From NCBI RefSeq assembly GCF_009914755.1, contig NC_060937.1: a stretch of DNA of 64,000 bases; one strand, 5' to 3'. Within the stretch, counting starts at the first letter, position 1; every line of letters begins with the position of its first letter. Under the pieces are notes generated by a model. That model worked only from the letters and a program-made list of their open reading frames with translations, ran no database searches and was not told the DNA's origin. The translations under genes and the position numbers were made by a program. This document shows, in pieces, positions 36,540-51,702 of the stretch. Origin of the DNA: the human T2T-CHM13v2.0 reference genome, Homo sapiens.

Positions 36540-37869
36540 GTGAGAGAGCCCATTTCTGCTTCCTCCACTCTTCTTAGGGGAGCTGGGCCACTTCGGGTCC
36601 CCGCTGACCCGCCTTCTCCCCGCACCGCCGGACAGGGACCCAGGCTCTTGTTGATGCTGCGTCTCAGCTCCGGTATTGAGATTCTCCGTCTCTTTTCTCT
36701 GTTACACGGTAGCCGCGTTACCCCAGACTCCTGTCTTGCCCTTTCCACTCCCTACAGCTCCTGAGAAAAACCTCCTCTATTTCTTGGGAGCATGGTTGGC
36801 ATTTGTAGTTTGGCTGAAAGGATTTTTTTTTAATGACATTTATGATTAGAGAAGTGGACTCTGGGCTCGATGAAGTTAATTTTTTCGTTTGACAATAATT
36901 CTTGCCATTCTTACGTAAAAGTGTCGGTATGAAGTCAGTCTACTGGAGCAAAACCCTTTTCCCTCACGTCCCTGAAACTTTCCAGATGTCTTATCACAAT
37001 TCATTATTCACTCATTTGTATATTCATCAAAATTTTTTTTTGGAGTGGCTGTGTGCAAAGGCGCTGATTGCTGTGGGTTAAAGTCTTGGTTATATACTCA
37101 GCTAACCTAGAAATCACTTTTTGTAGGTGTGCAATGAAGACAAACCATAAAGCTGTAAAGGAATGTAAAAGATCAAGAGTTAAATAATAAGAATTAAAGG
37201 AGAACCTAAAGATAAATGATGCTGCGGGTCACAGAATTTAGCCAGGAGTTTTTGTTTGTTTTTGCGTTAAATCACAGAAAAGAGGAAACCTGTTTTGCTG
37301 TTACGTTTAACAATTTGAGGCAAGACAGCGTCTTTTCTAGCTATGACTTTTATAAGAAATGTGCCACATGGTACTAGAGCCTCCGTTGAGGAGATCTTTG
37401 AGTGGAGATTTGAAGGAATAAGGGAATTAACTTGGAAGCTCTGGGGAAAGAATATTCCAGGCAGGACCAAGAGCCAGTGCAGATCTTGAGGTAGGAATGA
37501 AGTTGGCCTGTATGTGAAGCAACAAAAAGGCCCTTTTTATTAGAGGGCCCATTTGATTAAGAGAGGTTGGACAGGAAACTAGGAGCCAGGTCCTATAAGG
37601 CCTTTTAGGGTCCAGGTGTGTTTTTTACACCTAAATATATAGACCTTTAGATACTGGGAGTAAGGCTTCTGGGATGAGTTTGGGGATAATGTTACAGGAA
37701 GCACTGAGAATTTTTCTCCATAATTTCTTGTATTAGCTAGACAGCTATGACTTTTAATTGACATTTGTTATTGTCGTGTTAGACCTAGTGCTTCCTTTGG
37801 GAATCCAGTTTATATAAAAGTTGCTTTTAAACAGTATTAACATAATGAATTTTATTGTCACTTTCCATC

Positions 37870-38430
37870 TTCTTTTACTTTAAAAATTTTTATGGAGGCA
37901 TATATGATTTATGTAAATAACACAGATTTTAAGTCTATAGTTTGATGAGTTTTCACATGTTTACACCACCAGATTAAGATACAGAGTATCTCCATTCATA
38001 ATGCTCCTTAATGCGCCTTCTCAGCCAGTAATTCTTCTTACTGTCCTGCTGACTCCTGCTTTGACCTCCATCACCATCAGTTAGTTTTGTTTGTTCTTGA
38101 CTCATAAACAGAATCATACAGTAGGTGCTTTATTGAATGTAGACACTCTTTTTGCTTTAATGATTACATAAGTATACATTCATATTGTGTGAAGTAGTAG
38201 TTCTTTCGCATTGCTGTGTAATATTCCATTGTATAAATATATGTTGTATAGCCGTAAGTACGGCGCAATTTATTCTAACAGTGGACATCTGGGTTATTTC
38301 TAGTTATTAGCTAACATAAAGCTTCTGTGAATACTCTTGTACATGTATTTTGGTGAACACATGCATTTCTTTTGGTTGTATGTACCTAGGAGAAGAATTG
38401 CCTAGGATAGTCATGTGGCTAGTATTAGTA
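37870..38430 (-). mobile_element. Old L1M 3' fragment
   Basis: gattttaagtctatagtttgatgag...tggacatctgggttatttctag. Confidence 0.6.
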
Positions 38431-38498
38431 CCTTGGTTTTTAATGTATGGCTCTTGGACCAGCATTATCAGCATCACCTGGCAATTCATTAGAAGTGC

Positions 38499-38871
<373 letters not shown>

Positions 38872-40966
38872 TTACAAAACCTACTTTAAAAGCAGAGTAG
38901 ATAGCGAATTGGAGGAGGCACAAGGGATAGTGGATAGCAGGAAGATGGTAGTGCAGACCGGGTCAAAGATGAATATTTGCATGTAGGGCAGTGATTGAGG
39001 GCATGGAGGTGAGTTGTTTTATGTAAAATGCACCGGACTTGGTGACGATTAGAATATAAGGGATGTCTCCTGAGTTTCTGGCTGGGGGAATGTTGTAGGA
39101 ACTGGTGCCATTCATTTAGATAGCACTTAGGATGATAGCACTTAGAAGATTGCCTTCAGCATGGGGGAATAGGTTTGAGGATAGAAAGTAGTTTTAGATT
39201 GTGAATATTTGTATATGAGTTGCCTCTGGGACATTTCAGGTAAAGTTTAGAGAAAACTATATGCTGATGTTGCCCAGGACCACTGTCTAGGCTCAAGATA
39301 GACTTGAGTCATCAGCATGCATCAACACATATGTGAAGCCCCCCAGTAGTTAAGGAATCAAAGAATGTTTGTAGAGGGGAAGAAGTCTTAAGTACTGAGC
39401 CCAAGGAGAACATTAGTTTTTAAGAGGCAGCAGAATGGTAAGCTGAAAGGCCTGGTTATTATTGTCAAGGGCCACAGAGAGATCAAGTCAGATAGGAATC
39501 AGTTGGATTTTATAAGGGGTTATTAGTGACTTTGAGAAGATTAAGACTAGAGAGGCAAATATTTTTGTATTCTATGGCAAAGGAGATGCAGTCAAAGTAG
39601 AGACTGGGGAAAAGGCTGAAAAAAGTCTGCAAGAAGAAAAATCAATACTTTTCATTGAGTGATTACTGGATGTCACATACAGATCTAGGCAAGCCCAACA
39701 CCCTGGAGTCATCTTCAGTTTCTCTTATCCCACATGTTCACCCATTAGCAAGTCTCTCTGCTTCTAATATGTTCCAACTTAATCGTATTTCTTTTCATCA
39801 CCTCTGTGGCTAACATCCTTTTCTAGCCTAGACTTAATGTAATAGTTTCCTAAGAAGTCTCCGTTTCCAGTCTTGATTTGATAATGTATTTACCATACTG
39901 CAGCCAGAATGACATTAAAAAAAAGTAAATTGGACCATGTTCCCCTTACTAACAGTGAACTTTCCATGGCTTTCCATCAAACGTAAGGTCCAAATTCCTT
40001 ATAACTGCCTGCAAGCTACAAAGTGAGGCCCTTAAAGTAGCATCTTACAGCTTCTTTGCTCTCTTGATTTGAGCCTTACTTTCTGTTGATTGACTGTAAC
40101 CCCATGTGAGTTGAGGAGCATCTGTATATGTTGCTTTCTGAGAGTCACACTACTAGGTTAAAGCAAAGTCAATGATACATGTGGCTCTTGAAATAATTTT
40201 ACCATTTAAGAAAACTACCAAATCCCTAGAGTTTGTAGGCAGTTGGCAGAAAATAAAAGTGTTCCTGCACTTGTCTTTGATCCCCCTAATTGTGTAATCT
40301 CTTACATCATTATTTTTCCAGCTACCACACCTATATGTTGTGACTGCACAAGTTAAAAAAGTTTCAATCTCTAATGTTAACTCTTGGTAGTTGACATAGC
40401 CATCTATTAGATTGTATCTGGGCTTTGAACAGAATATTTAGTTGGGTTTTATTAGAGTTGTGTGTTATTGTTAGAGGCTAGGAGAGGGCCAGGTACACTT
40501 GATTGTGTATGTATTGATTGTCTTAACCTCCCTGAGTGCTAGATTTAACTTCTGATCTTTTTTTATTGCACAGCTTAACATTTTCTAGGAATCTCAAATT
40601 CTATATGGTGTTTGAATCTTCTTCAAATTAGTAGGAGGAAATCTGTAATGGTCAATGTGTAACAATTAAACTCTTCAGAATATATGAGCTGATAATAATG
40701 ATCATTTATTAAGTTCTATAGACCAGGAACTAAAAGCTTTACGGTACAGAGATACTACATTAGATTGCCTACTTTTGGGAGGAGGGGCAAGAGAAGTGGG
40801 GGAGATATTGATCCTTTTATAAAGAAAAACTCCAATATTATATCCGTGTTATCTTTCCTCCAAATAGCTTCTGACAATAAGTTACTTGATTAAAAATTAT
40901 GTTTTAATTAGAATTTGATGGCTTCTTACAAACTTTTACTGACGCTCCACATGTTTGTTTTTGTAG

Positions 40967-41057
40967 GAGCTGACTAAGGCTTTGGAACAGAAACCAGATG
41001 ATGCACAGTATTATTGTCAAAGAGCTTATTGTCACATTCTTCTTGGGAATTACTGTG
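40967..41057 (+). CDS. SUGT1: SUGT1 exon 3 (TPR)
   Basis: Branch-like TACTGAC ~40937-40943; tgtag|[31 protein letters not shown]|gtaacg. Confidence 0.95.
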
Positions 41058-41361
41058 GTAACGTTTCTTATAAAGTATATTGCCCCCTTTTAATAAGTTA
41101 CTTATACATTTTACCCATGACAAATTAAAAGTTGTCTTTGAGAATTTTTAAATTGGTCTTTTATACAAGGTAAAGTAGCTCAAATGTGACAGACATGTTG
41201 AGCAACACCCATTTAAATTTTATGGATGTCGCTTTTTCCTTCATTGGGTGGAGAATGTATACAGATTTCATTCATAGTTATTGGGTATGCTGATAAAAAA
41301 TAGCATCACATTTACTATTTGACAGACTATTAAAATGAAATGCTCGTTTAAATTTTTTTTA

Positions 41362-41559
<198 letters not shown>

Positions 41560-41833
41560 TTACATAGAAAATGTTAATGAGACAAGGAGGTGAATTTTGT
41601 GACACAGCTGTATTCATTGAAGAGCTTTAAGAAGGAAGCTAAATGTTAAGCCAAAAGGAAGGTACAAGAGTAATATTTATTTGAATTCTATCTTGTATTA
41701 GCTTTTCCTAATTTAAAACCATTTGGCATTTCTACCAACTTGAAAACTTAGAAATCTAAAACTGATTCATATGTTGTGTGTATTTGCTGGGATCTATAAA
41801 TAACTGACTAAAAACCCGTCTTTTTCTACACAG

Positions 41834-41903
41834 TTGCTGTTGCTGATGCAAAGAAGTCTCTAGAACTCAATCCAAATAATTCCACTGCTATGCTGAGAAA
41901 AGG
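41834..41903 (+). CDS. SUGT1: SUGT1 exon 4 (TPR)
   Basis: cacag|TT-AVADAKKSLELNPNNSTAMLRK-GG|gtatgc. Confidence 0.95.
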
Positions 41904-42611
41904 GTATGCAGTAGCTACTCTTCTTGTTGAGCTTGGTATAGATAGTAGGTATTTAATTTGTTGAATGAGTTCATTGCAAGCTTTATATAAGTTGTAAAAT
42001 TCTGTATTTATACATTATATAGCAGAGATATGATTCAATTTTAAATACAACTTATAGTTCTATTATTTTGTTAACCAAAGTATGTGATAGGAGATCTGTA
42101 CTTAGTAAATTTTAAAATAGTGATGATTGAAGTATTTGCAAGGTATAGATGAAACTGATAGATTTCACATTGCTTTTTTTTTTTTTTTTCAATCTTTTGG
42201 AATTTACTATATTTAATTGACTGGACAACATCCTATTCAGCAAAGCTGAATAGGCTACATTTAATGCTATGAAAGCGCTATATCTGTATACTTTATATCC
42301 CATCTTGTTTCTGTTGATAAGTATAACTATTCTTTAAGAAACTTCTTTAATTCCTTTGTATAATTATATTTTTGAGTAAGCAAGTCTGTACAATTAAAGT
42401 CAGATTCCTTCTGAAGTGAGTTCTAAAATTGAATTTTAGTAGGAATTGTACTAGATCTTAACAGTATATTAGAAAGTCTCTAGGTTTATTAACATACACT
42501 TAAAATAAATTTTTTCTTTCAACAGTAGAAAATACTAAGTTTTTTATTTAGAAAGAAGGTATTTTCCAGATTTTTTGTGTGTCTTAATTTGTTTTAAATA
42601 TATTCATGCAG

Positions 42612-42682
42612 AATATGTGAATACCATGAAAAAAACTATGCTGCTGCCCTAGAAACTTTTACAGAAGGACAAAAATTAGATA
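42612..42682 (+). CDS. SUGT1: SUGT1 exon 5 (TPR)
   Basis: tgcag|[25 protein letters not shown]|gtaagt. Confidence 0.95.
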
Positions 42683-43053
42683 GTAAGTATTAAAAATTAT
42701 ACTTTAATAAACTTATCTATTTCTGTCTTAAATACCAAAGCTGAATTTTGGTAATGTTAATTTCAAGTTAATTGTAGAAACCCAATACCTGTTTTTCTCA
42801 TCTAAATTATATTTCATATTGATTGCAGATATGAGATCACTTAAAATCGATTAAATTAGCCTTTTGGCATTTAAATCATAGATGAACTTTACCATTAGAA
42901 GTAAAAAAAACTATGGAAACACCTAACATGCTCTCTCTGTTTAGTCTGGCTTTGTTTTTTTCTAATGGAGAAGTGAAAGTTTAATTTGCCTTGGTCAGAA
43001 GTCTGTTCATTTTAAATTATTCAGATTGCTGAGATGTGAAATCTTAACATTAA

Positions 43054-43579
<526 letters not shown>

Positions 43580-43684
43580 CTAAGAGGTTGTGAGTAATTT
43601 CAGAAAATTGGAGACTACATAATCCTACTTGTATTATCATTTTATCTTTATGTTATGATAGAGTTTTATCACAGTTCTCTAAAG

Positions 43685-43905
43685 AAGTGGTTCTTAACTG
43701 GAAACGGTTTTGCTTCCCAGGAAACTTTATGCAATGTCTGAAGAGATTTTTGATAATCATGAATGGTGGATGGGGGTTGTGCTACTGACATCTAATGAGT
43801 ATAAACCAGGGGTGCTACTAAATATTCTATAATGCCCAGGACAGTTCTGCCTAACAAAGAAGTATATAGTCCAAAATGTCAGTAGTGCTGAAATTAAGAA
43901 ACTTC
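43685..43905. mobile_element. MER20-like DNA transposon
   Basis: agtggttcttaactgg...gcaatgtctgaaga...tgctactgacatcta...caaaatgtcagtagtgctga; partial second copy ~59200-59390. Confidence 0.7.
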
Positions 43906-44200
43906 ACTCTTAGTATTTTATGTTACATTCTTACTCTGTACTGTTTTGAATGTTTGCCTTTCTGTTGTGTACCTATTCAGAAAAAAGGATTTTAGCACTG
44001 ATTATGCAAATGGAAGCTACAAATTAAAAAAGGAGAGGTCTGAGTGATAAGGCTTATTCTCAAACTTGCTTATCCCAGTTTTGGTATGTGAATAGTAGGC
44101 CTATTCAGTCAGCAAACAGGACATCTGCACTCTTAGCAAATTCTAGAGTGAAGTTATGTAGTGCCTTGGTACCTAATGTGAAAATCCTGAAGAAACATGA

Positions 44201-44532
<332 letters not shown>

Positions 44533-44686
44533 CTAGATTATTTTCTTGAGTAATATCTTAATATCATGCCATTGACATTTATTCTTTAGTTATTTCAGAG
44601 GTGGCCTTCAGAGGAAGACCTGTTTGGTAAAATTGCTGTTGAGGATATTTTACTTAAAAATAAATTTGTCTTTAAATCCAGGAAAC

Positions 44687-45034
<348 letters not shown>

Positions 45035-46068
45035 TAAACTTTTAGGCTTCTATTTTTATCAGACAGGGTAAAGAATTGTTACCTTTTCCCCTCTTTGTGT
45101 GATAAATTGCTTGGTTTTAGTTACTGATTACTTAAAATAATAGGTTACTCAAATCTTTTTGATATAATAGATTTTGATACAATATTTCTCTAGAATACAG
45201 TGTGTGTGAGAGTGTATTTAAATTTTTTATTAATGCTGGTATAGTTGGATTTCTTTTATAAATTAGTAAAGTAGAAATTTTTGTTAAGAAATTTTTAATT
45301 TAAGATTTTCAAATTTATCTTGTCTGCAGTTAACTTGAATTAATAAGCTCTTATTTAGAGTACTTTTAATACTTTTAACATATCTTACTATGCACTGTGA
45401 CTGTTTAAATGTAATCATTGTTCTGTGTCTCCAGAAGTGAATAATTTGTTTATGCATACATTTACACTGTTATCTATAAATATATAATACATCACCTATA
45501 GCCTCTCGACTGCCATGTAACTTGGAGATAGGACAAAACTTCACGGAATTTAAAGATGCTTGGTGTTGGTAGGAAAGGCATGGTAACAGATAAAGCCACT
45601 GAGAGAATAGTGGACTGAATAGGTATCTGCATTGAAGAGCAAGCTGGGGCTGGGAACGGCTTTTGGACCTCAACTCAGCTCCCAGTTACCAAGCCTCCTC
45701 CCCACCCTAACTGATGGCATATTGGGAGTCTGATTTACATCTGATTTTGTTCTGTGTGTGAGGAAGCTTCTCTAAGAGCAGCGGGATTGGGGGAAATGCA
45801 GATTATTTGTATCTGTGAAATTAAGGTTGACTGTAGTTAAAATTTTTAAAAAATCAAAATGTTTCATGATTAACAACTAAATGTTAAACTATTGGTATAT
45901 TTATAACTATAGTAGAGTTGGTGATAAGGTCTGTTAAGACAGGTTTTGTTCGCTGCCGACTCCCCAGTGCCTAGAACACTGCCTGGGATGTAGTAGGTAT
46001 TCAGTAAGTATTTGTTGATTTATAGGTTGTGCAGATGAGTGATGTTATAGTCAGTTTTTTCTTTCTAG

Positions 46069-46122
46069 GTGCAGATGCTAATTTCAGTGTCTGGATTAAA
46101 AGGTGTCAAGAAGCTCAGAATG
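46069..46122 (+). CDS. SUGT1: SUGT1 exon 7
   Basis: tctag|GT-ADANFSVWIKRCQEAQN-G|gtatgt. Confidence 0.95.
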
Positions 46123-46515
46123 GTATGTGGGTCTCCCTTGGTATTTGTTTCAATTTAAAAAGAAGTAAACATCTGAAATTTTTTTGGTTTAAACAAATTT
46201 GTTTTTATCTTTATAATTTCTTTTAAATAGTATACGTTTCCTTAGATGTGGACTTCCAAAGATACACTGGTTTTTGCATAGCTTCTTATGTTGAAAGGGG
46301 GATTTGGGTGGATTTGCTTGTATGGTATATCAGTAAGAAATTACTAAGGAGTCTAAAATGAATTCAGGATGCAAAATGAAACCACTTTTCTTTAGTTGAA
46401 AGGTACGGAGAATTTGCTTGCTTAATCAGTATGTTTGTGCTATAGAAATCATACAAATAACTTTGCTTAAAAATGCACTGTTCCCTGAAAATGTTTCCTT
46501 TTTATGTTTTAATAG

Positions 46516-46532
46516 GCTCAGAATCTGAGGTG
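46516..46532 (+). CDS. SUGT1: SUGT1 exon 8 (17-nt microexon)
   Basis: aatag|GC-SESEV|gtaagt. Confidence 0.92.
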
Positions 46533-46876
46533 GTAAGTCCAAAGTTTTCATTCTTCATGTTTTTATTATTTTAAATTTCAGCTACCAAATATATTTGAGA
46601 CAAGACTCAGGATGAGCTGTCTGATATTTAAATATTAAGCAATTCCATTTAAGTGCTGGTTCCTCTAGGCACTGAAATAAAATCATTTTTTGATAAATAT
46701 AGAAGTTTCCAGTCATGAAAATTATTGGCCTATTTTAATGAATTTAGTGTGTGGTTAAAGTTGATTTCGTGTGTTTTAATATGGTCATGATGATCATTTA
46801 TCTTTTCGTTACTAAAACCTTATTGCATTTATTTAGGTTCAACAGTTTGAATCACTTGTAGGGCTTTTTATGATAG

Positions 46877-47113
<237 letters not shown>

Positions 47114-47454
47114 TGAATCTTAGAACTGGCCATTTTATATAAGCAACCTTTTCTAATCATGCCTTTAGAAGTTTTCTGTTATTTAAAGTTCTGTTATTTT
47201 AGAGCAAAAATCTTTTATGAAATTCAATCTAAGATTTTTTAAATGCTGAGCATTCTAATTTTTTTCCGAAAACTAGTGGTATTTAACAATTACAGTTACT
47301 ATGTCTTTGAAGAAAATTTTCATGTAGTTATTTTATATCAAAATAACTGCAGTGTTGGGTAAATTAATAATACATGCATTTTAATAATACAGTTGCTAAA
47401 CTGACTTGTAAAAATCTTTCTCTTTCAACTTACCAAAATCAATCTGCATCCCAG

Positions 47455-47477
47455 TGGACTCATCAGTCAAAAATCAA
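47455..47477 (+). CDS. SUGT1: SUGT1 exon 9 (23-nt microexon)
   Basis: cccag|WTHQSKI-AA|gtgagt. Confidence 0.92.
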
Positions 47478-49060
47478 GTGAGTGTTTCTTTTTCATAAAA
47501 CAATGCATGATAAATATGCCTAAAGAGGAAGAAACCCTGTAGTTTAATAGTAAGCAAATTCTTACCATGTGATTTTTAAGTTTTTGTTTGTTTTCTAAAA
47601 TTGTGTAATAGCTTTATGTAAAGCCAATTTTAAGGCTGTTTAAGGATTAATATTTGTACTTCAGTTAAATTCAAATCATTTCTCATCTTTAAAGTTGCTT
47701 CACTTGGTTTCATATTATGTTACCTTTCCATATGTTAAGGAGAGTCTCTTCCAGTTAAGTTTATGTTACTACACAGGTAAACAAGTTAGTAGTAGATCTA
47801 ACAGAATTGTAACTTAACCTGCCTTTTATATTTGGAGCAAATTTTTCATAGGAACATTCTGTATGCGTTGAAAGTTAATATTGCTGAGGGCAGCAATTAT
47901 AATAATGAATAAGCAACTAGCAAGTCTTTGACTTTTAATTATTCATTAGCCTGTGTACAGCTTGTATTCTTAGGACCGTAACAGAAACACAAGCCGTTGA
48001 TCTGGAGCTTTGCATCCTTACTGAATTGCAAAGGGAAACCGAGACTCTTAAAGTTCATTTCTTTAATCAAGGTGGTTTTGGATATAATTACCTAAAATGG
48101 CCTGGAAAAGTTAAAAACAATCTATTCATGGTAGTTGTGGGGAGATACAGGATGAAACTCCAAGTACCTAGTAGATAAGGAACTTTGACTTGCCCTGGTG
48201 GCAGCAGCAGGGGTAGGGCACATAACCATGAAATAATAATTAAGGTGTTCAGAGCATAAAATAATCCAACATCTAACTTAATATACGTGTACCGGACACT
48301 GTGCTTGGTCCTAGGGATATAATAGCGACAGGATAAACAGCTCTGCCCTCAGAGAGCTTTTAATCTAGTCTAATTTGAAAGTGAGGATTCCTACGTTTCT
48401 AGAGCTTTCAGTACAAAAGATGCACATAATTAGAATCTAGACCCATTAGTCTTTCCATGTATCTTGAAATTGAAGGAAAGTGTTGTATATGATGTTGTGC
48501 CTGACACAGTTAAACTTCATATGATTTTAATTTTAGTTCATTTGTCCCTGTTTTGTGTGCTCAAGTCTATCTGCTTCCAACATCAGTTTTGAGAGCTTGG
48601 AGTGTTGACTCAGGCTTATTGCTTCACCTTTCTGAGCTTAAGTTTTATCATCTGTAAAATAGGGATTTAAGTGTTTATCTGTAGTATTTGGATGAAATGA
48701 GAGTATAAAAACTCTATTGATGGCATATAAATATTAGCTTGTTTAAAATAAATGACATCTTTAATATTTATATTAGTTTAAGCACAACAGTGCTAGAGAT
48801 GAGTCAGAACCCAGAAAATCATGCAAGTATTTAAGTCTACTGGAAAGGTGTGAGCATCATTTACCTTACCATTTTTTTCCATTAGTACAGAGCATAAAAA
48901 ACTAGTTATATAAAGTTGTTTCTGTGAATCAGTAGTTAGTTGCTTTGCTGTTTTCTTCCTCCAGGTGGGGCTCTTGTTGTTTATCAGACTAGTTTTTGTT
49001 TTGACAATAGCTTTAAAAAAATTAGAAGAGTTACCTAAGTTTCTTTTTTTTTTTTAATAG

Positions 49061-49157
49061 GTATGACTGGTATCAAACAGAATCTCAAGTAGTCATTACA
49101 CTTATGATCAAGAATGTTCAGAAGAATGATGTAAATGTGGAATTTTCAGAAAAAGAG
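49061..49157 (+). CDS. SUGT1: SUGT1 exon 10 (CS domain)
   Basis: aatag|[33 protein letters not shown]|gtcagt. Confidence 0.95.
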
Positions 49158-49509
49158 GTCAGTAGACTGAATCATTTTTCAATGTTGATTACTATTATTT
49201 GCAAATTTAGTATATTGCAGAATAATCGATAACGGTTTATCAGATAAATGCTATTTCTTCCTGAGATGATTTGGAAAATGTTGAATAAAATCTGAAGCCA
49301 TTGCTTTGAGGTAAGAATATGTATGTTGGTAAATTATAGCTGGATGTGCATTTTTTTCTTTAGATTTGAAATTTAAAGCAGAATTTGGTTATATTAGTAA
49401 GATAATGTGATTTGGTTATACTTGTGTGGTGTACTTCATGAAAAAGATCTAGTTAGTTTTGTGATCACACATGTCTTAGAATTGACTAGCCATGTTAAAT
49501 GAGTATGAC

Positions 49510-49801
<292 letters not shown>

Positions 49802-50235
49802 CTTGAGTATGACTTTTAACAACTTGATTTCTTATCATTTAGTAGAGAACCTTATAATAGATTATTTAAAAGAGGTAGTGATAGAACTGTATGTTTTGCA
49901 CATGGATCACTTTTTGTTATATATCATTTTGCTTTTGTATGTTTTCTTGAAATCTAAATATCAAATAGGTGTGATTAAATATATGACAAATATTATGAAA
50001 CTTATTCTTTTCTGCTGTTTAATGATGTCTATAAGAATTCATGTCAAGGATACCAGATGGAAAAAAAAGGTTCTTAAATCTTTGAGAACCTTTTGAGGTT
50101 CTTAAATCTAAAATTCCATATATAATGTTTAAAATAATTTGTAACATTATTGAAGATTTGTCATTATTTTGTCTAGGTTTTTTACCCTCCATTATATACA
50201 TTTACAAAATGTGATGCTAATTTTGTGTTCATTAG

Positions 50236-50343
50236 TTGTCTGCTTTGGTTAAACTTCCTTCTGGAGAGGATTACAATTTGAAACTGGAACTTCTTCATCC
50301 TATAATACCAGAACAGAGCACGTTTAAAGTACTTTCAACAAAG
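50236..50343 (+). CDS. SUGT1: SUGT1 exon 11 (CS domain)
   Basis: attag|[36 protein letters not shown]|gtaaga. Confidence 0.95.
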
Positions 50344-50754
50344 GTAAGACCATTGAAAAGTTTGTTACTAGTAATATTTTCAAAATTATAGAAATACTGG
50401 TGAACTAATCACCCATGTGTTTATAAGCTTGTAGATTCTTTCAGCCCTTTAACAGGGACAAGAAAATAAGAATGATAACTTTTGAGTATAAGGGTTATTT
50501 TACCTCTCAAATTCTAGTACAGTAAAGAATAAAAATCCACTTAGAGTGTGTGGCATTTGTGTATTTACTAAGACAGATACAATGTTTTTCAATAAAGGGG
50601 TTTTTTTAAAAAGATACAATAATCAGCCTGTCTTTAAGATTTGATACTGACAATGTCTCTTCCCTTGAACTTGTCAGTTTTGTCTGTTTTGATGTACAAA
50701 TACTTTTGTCACCCTACCTCATGCAGTTAAAAATACAAACTACAAGAAAGATGA

Positions 50755-51057
<303 letters not shown>

Positions 51058-51394
51058 TAGTTTGAGTAATTTTTAGATTCCTTTATAGTTTCTAAAAGAA
51101 GTAGAGATATACAACAGAATTAATATTCAGAGAGTATCACTCAAAAGATGTAGATAATAGTGTAATTTAGTAGGAAAAAAACTGAAAATTTAAAAATCTG
51201 ACTCTGGATCTTTGCTTGCCCTGTGTATTTAGTCTAGGCACAAAATGACTATAAGACTGAATTTTCAGCACCTTTGAAAGGAGGGCTGTGGACCAAATGA
51301 ACTCTGGAGTCCTTTCAGCTGTAGAATTGTGTGAAGGTATATGATAAATGAGTTAATGGGAATAAATGATGTAGGTAGGCTTTTTCCATTACTA

Positions 51395-51702
51395 CTTTTT
51401 TTTTTTTTCCTTGTTTTTGAGATGTAGTCTAGCTCTGTTGCCAGGGTGGAGTGCAGTGCTGTGATCTCAGCTCACTGCAACCTCCGCCTTCTTGAATCAG
51501 GTTCAAGTGATTCTCCTGCCTCAGCCTCCTGAGTAGCTGGGATTACAGTCATGTACTGCCACGCCCAGCTAATTTTTGTATTTTTGTAGAGATGGGGTTT
51601 CACCATATTGGCCAGGATGGTCTTGATCTCCTGACCACGTGATCTGCCCACCTTGGCCTCCCAAACTGCTGGGATTACAGGTGTGAGCCACTGCACCTGG
51701 CC
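51395..51702 (-). mobile_element. Alu (AluS-like)
   Basis: Reverse-complement Alu. Confidence 0.88.

Larger units (their letters stand above)
35660..36720 (+). promoter_or_regulatory. SUGT1 CpG-island promoter
   Basis: CpG-rich; ETS CCGGAAG motifs (~35746 reverse, ~35823), GC box GGGGCGGGG 36107-36115, YY1-like ATGGCGGC over the start codon. Confidence 0.85.

Noticed and set aside
35451-36764. ORFs of 60-124 aa on both strands of the SUGT1 promoter
   Set aside because: GC-rich chance ORFs; divergent non-coding transcription is plausible but cannot be shown from sequence
51590-51680. Second possible Alu exon in SUGT1 intron 11 (tgtag/ag ... acag|gtgtga)
   Set aside because: Weaker donor; 91 or 89 nt would shift the frame; this configuration is common in silent Alus
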